A DNA stretch of 64,000 bases from Octopus sinensis (lineage: Eukaryota): positions 133,920,001 to 133,984,000 of the forward strand of contig NC_042998.1 of assembly GCF_006345805.1 (NCBI RefSeq). Reading direction: 5' to 3'. Below the pieces are notes generated by a model, which was not told where the DNA came from, searched no databases, and saw only the letters and a list, made by a program, of their open reading frames with translations. Below are positions 63,942 to 64,000 of this stretch, piece after piece; position 1 is the first letter of the stretch; every line of letters starts with the position of its first letter. The position numbers and the translations under genes are program-made.

Positions 63942-64000
63942 ATATGTATGTATATGTATATATATATATATCCTCGGCAGACAACCGGTGATTCTCAGAG

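Overview
AT-rich, microsatellite-saturated eukaryotic DNA. It is probably cephalopod (Octopus-like); that is an inference from the SINE and microsatellite content and is not proven. I recognise no host protein-coding gene, and nearly all ORFs in the track are translations of (TA)n, (CA)n, (GATA)n, (CATA)n or (ATC)n tracts. The window is a mosaic of at least five tRNA-headed SINE families, Tc1/mariner relics (mariner, DD37D, DD36E), a Merlin-like element, MITEs, a non-autonomous Helitron, LINE fragments and several Penelope-like elements (PLEs), with one 100-N gap. The main unexplained structure is a set of type-I hammerhead ribozyme (HHR) cassettes. The best is a ~600-bp x 3.75 tandem array with an inverted 5' partial copy (48357-50986), whose four forward HHR cores are intact (stem I TCTACG/CGTGGA, CTGAAGA, long stem II, GAAAC-GTAC-GTC), giving a retrozyme-like or PLE pseudo-LTR architecture. 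A second 355-bp HHR unit with the same tandem-plus-inversion layout lies at 19521-20129. A divergent relative of the array abuts a PLE RT/GIY-YIG pseudogene, and a tRNA-headed SINE ends in an HHR-like tail. Most HHR elements end on (TA)n tracts. All folds and alignments were done by eye and boundaries are approximate.
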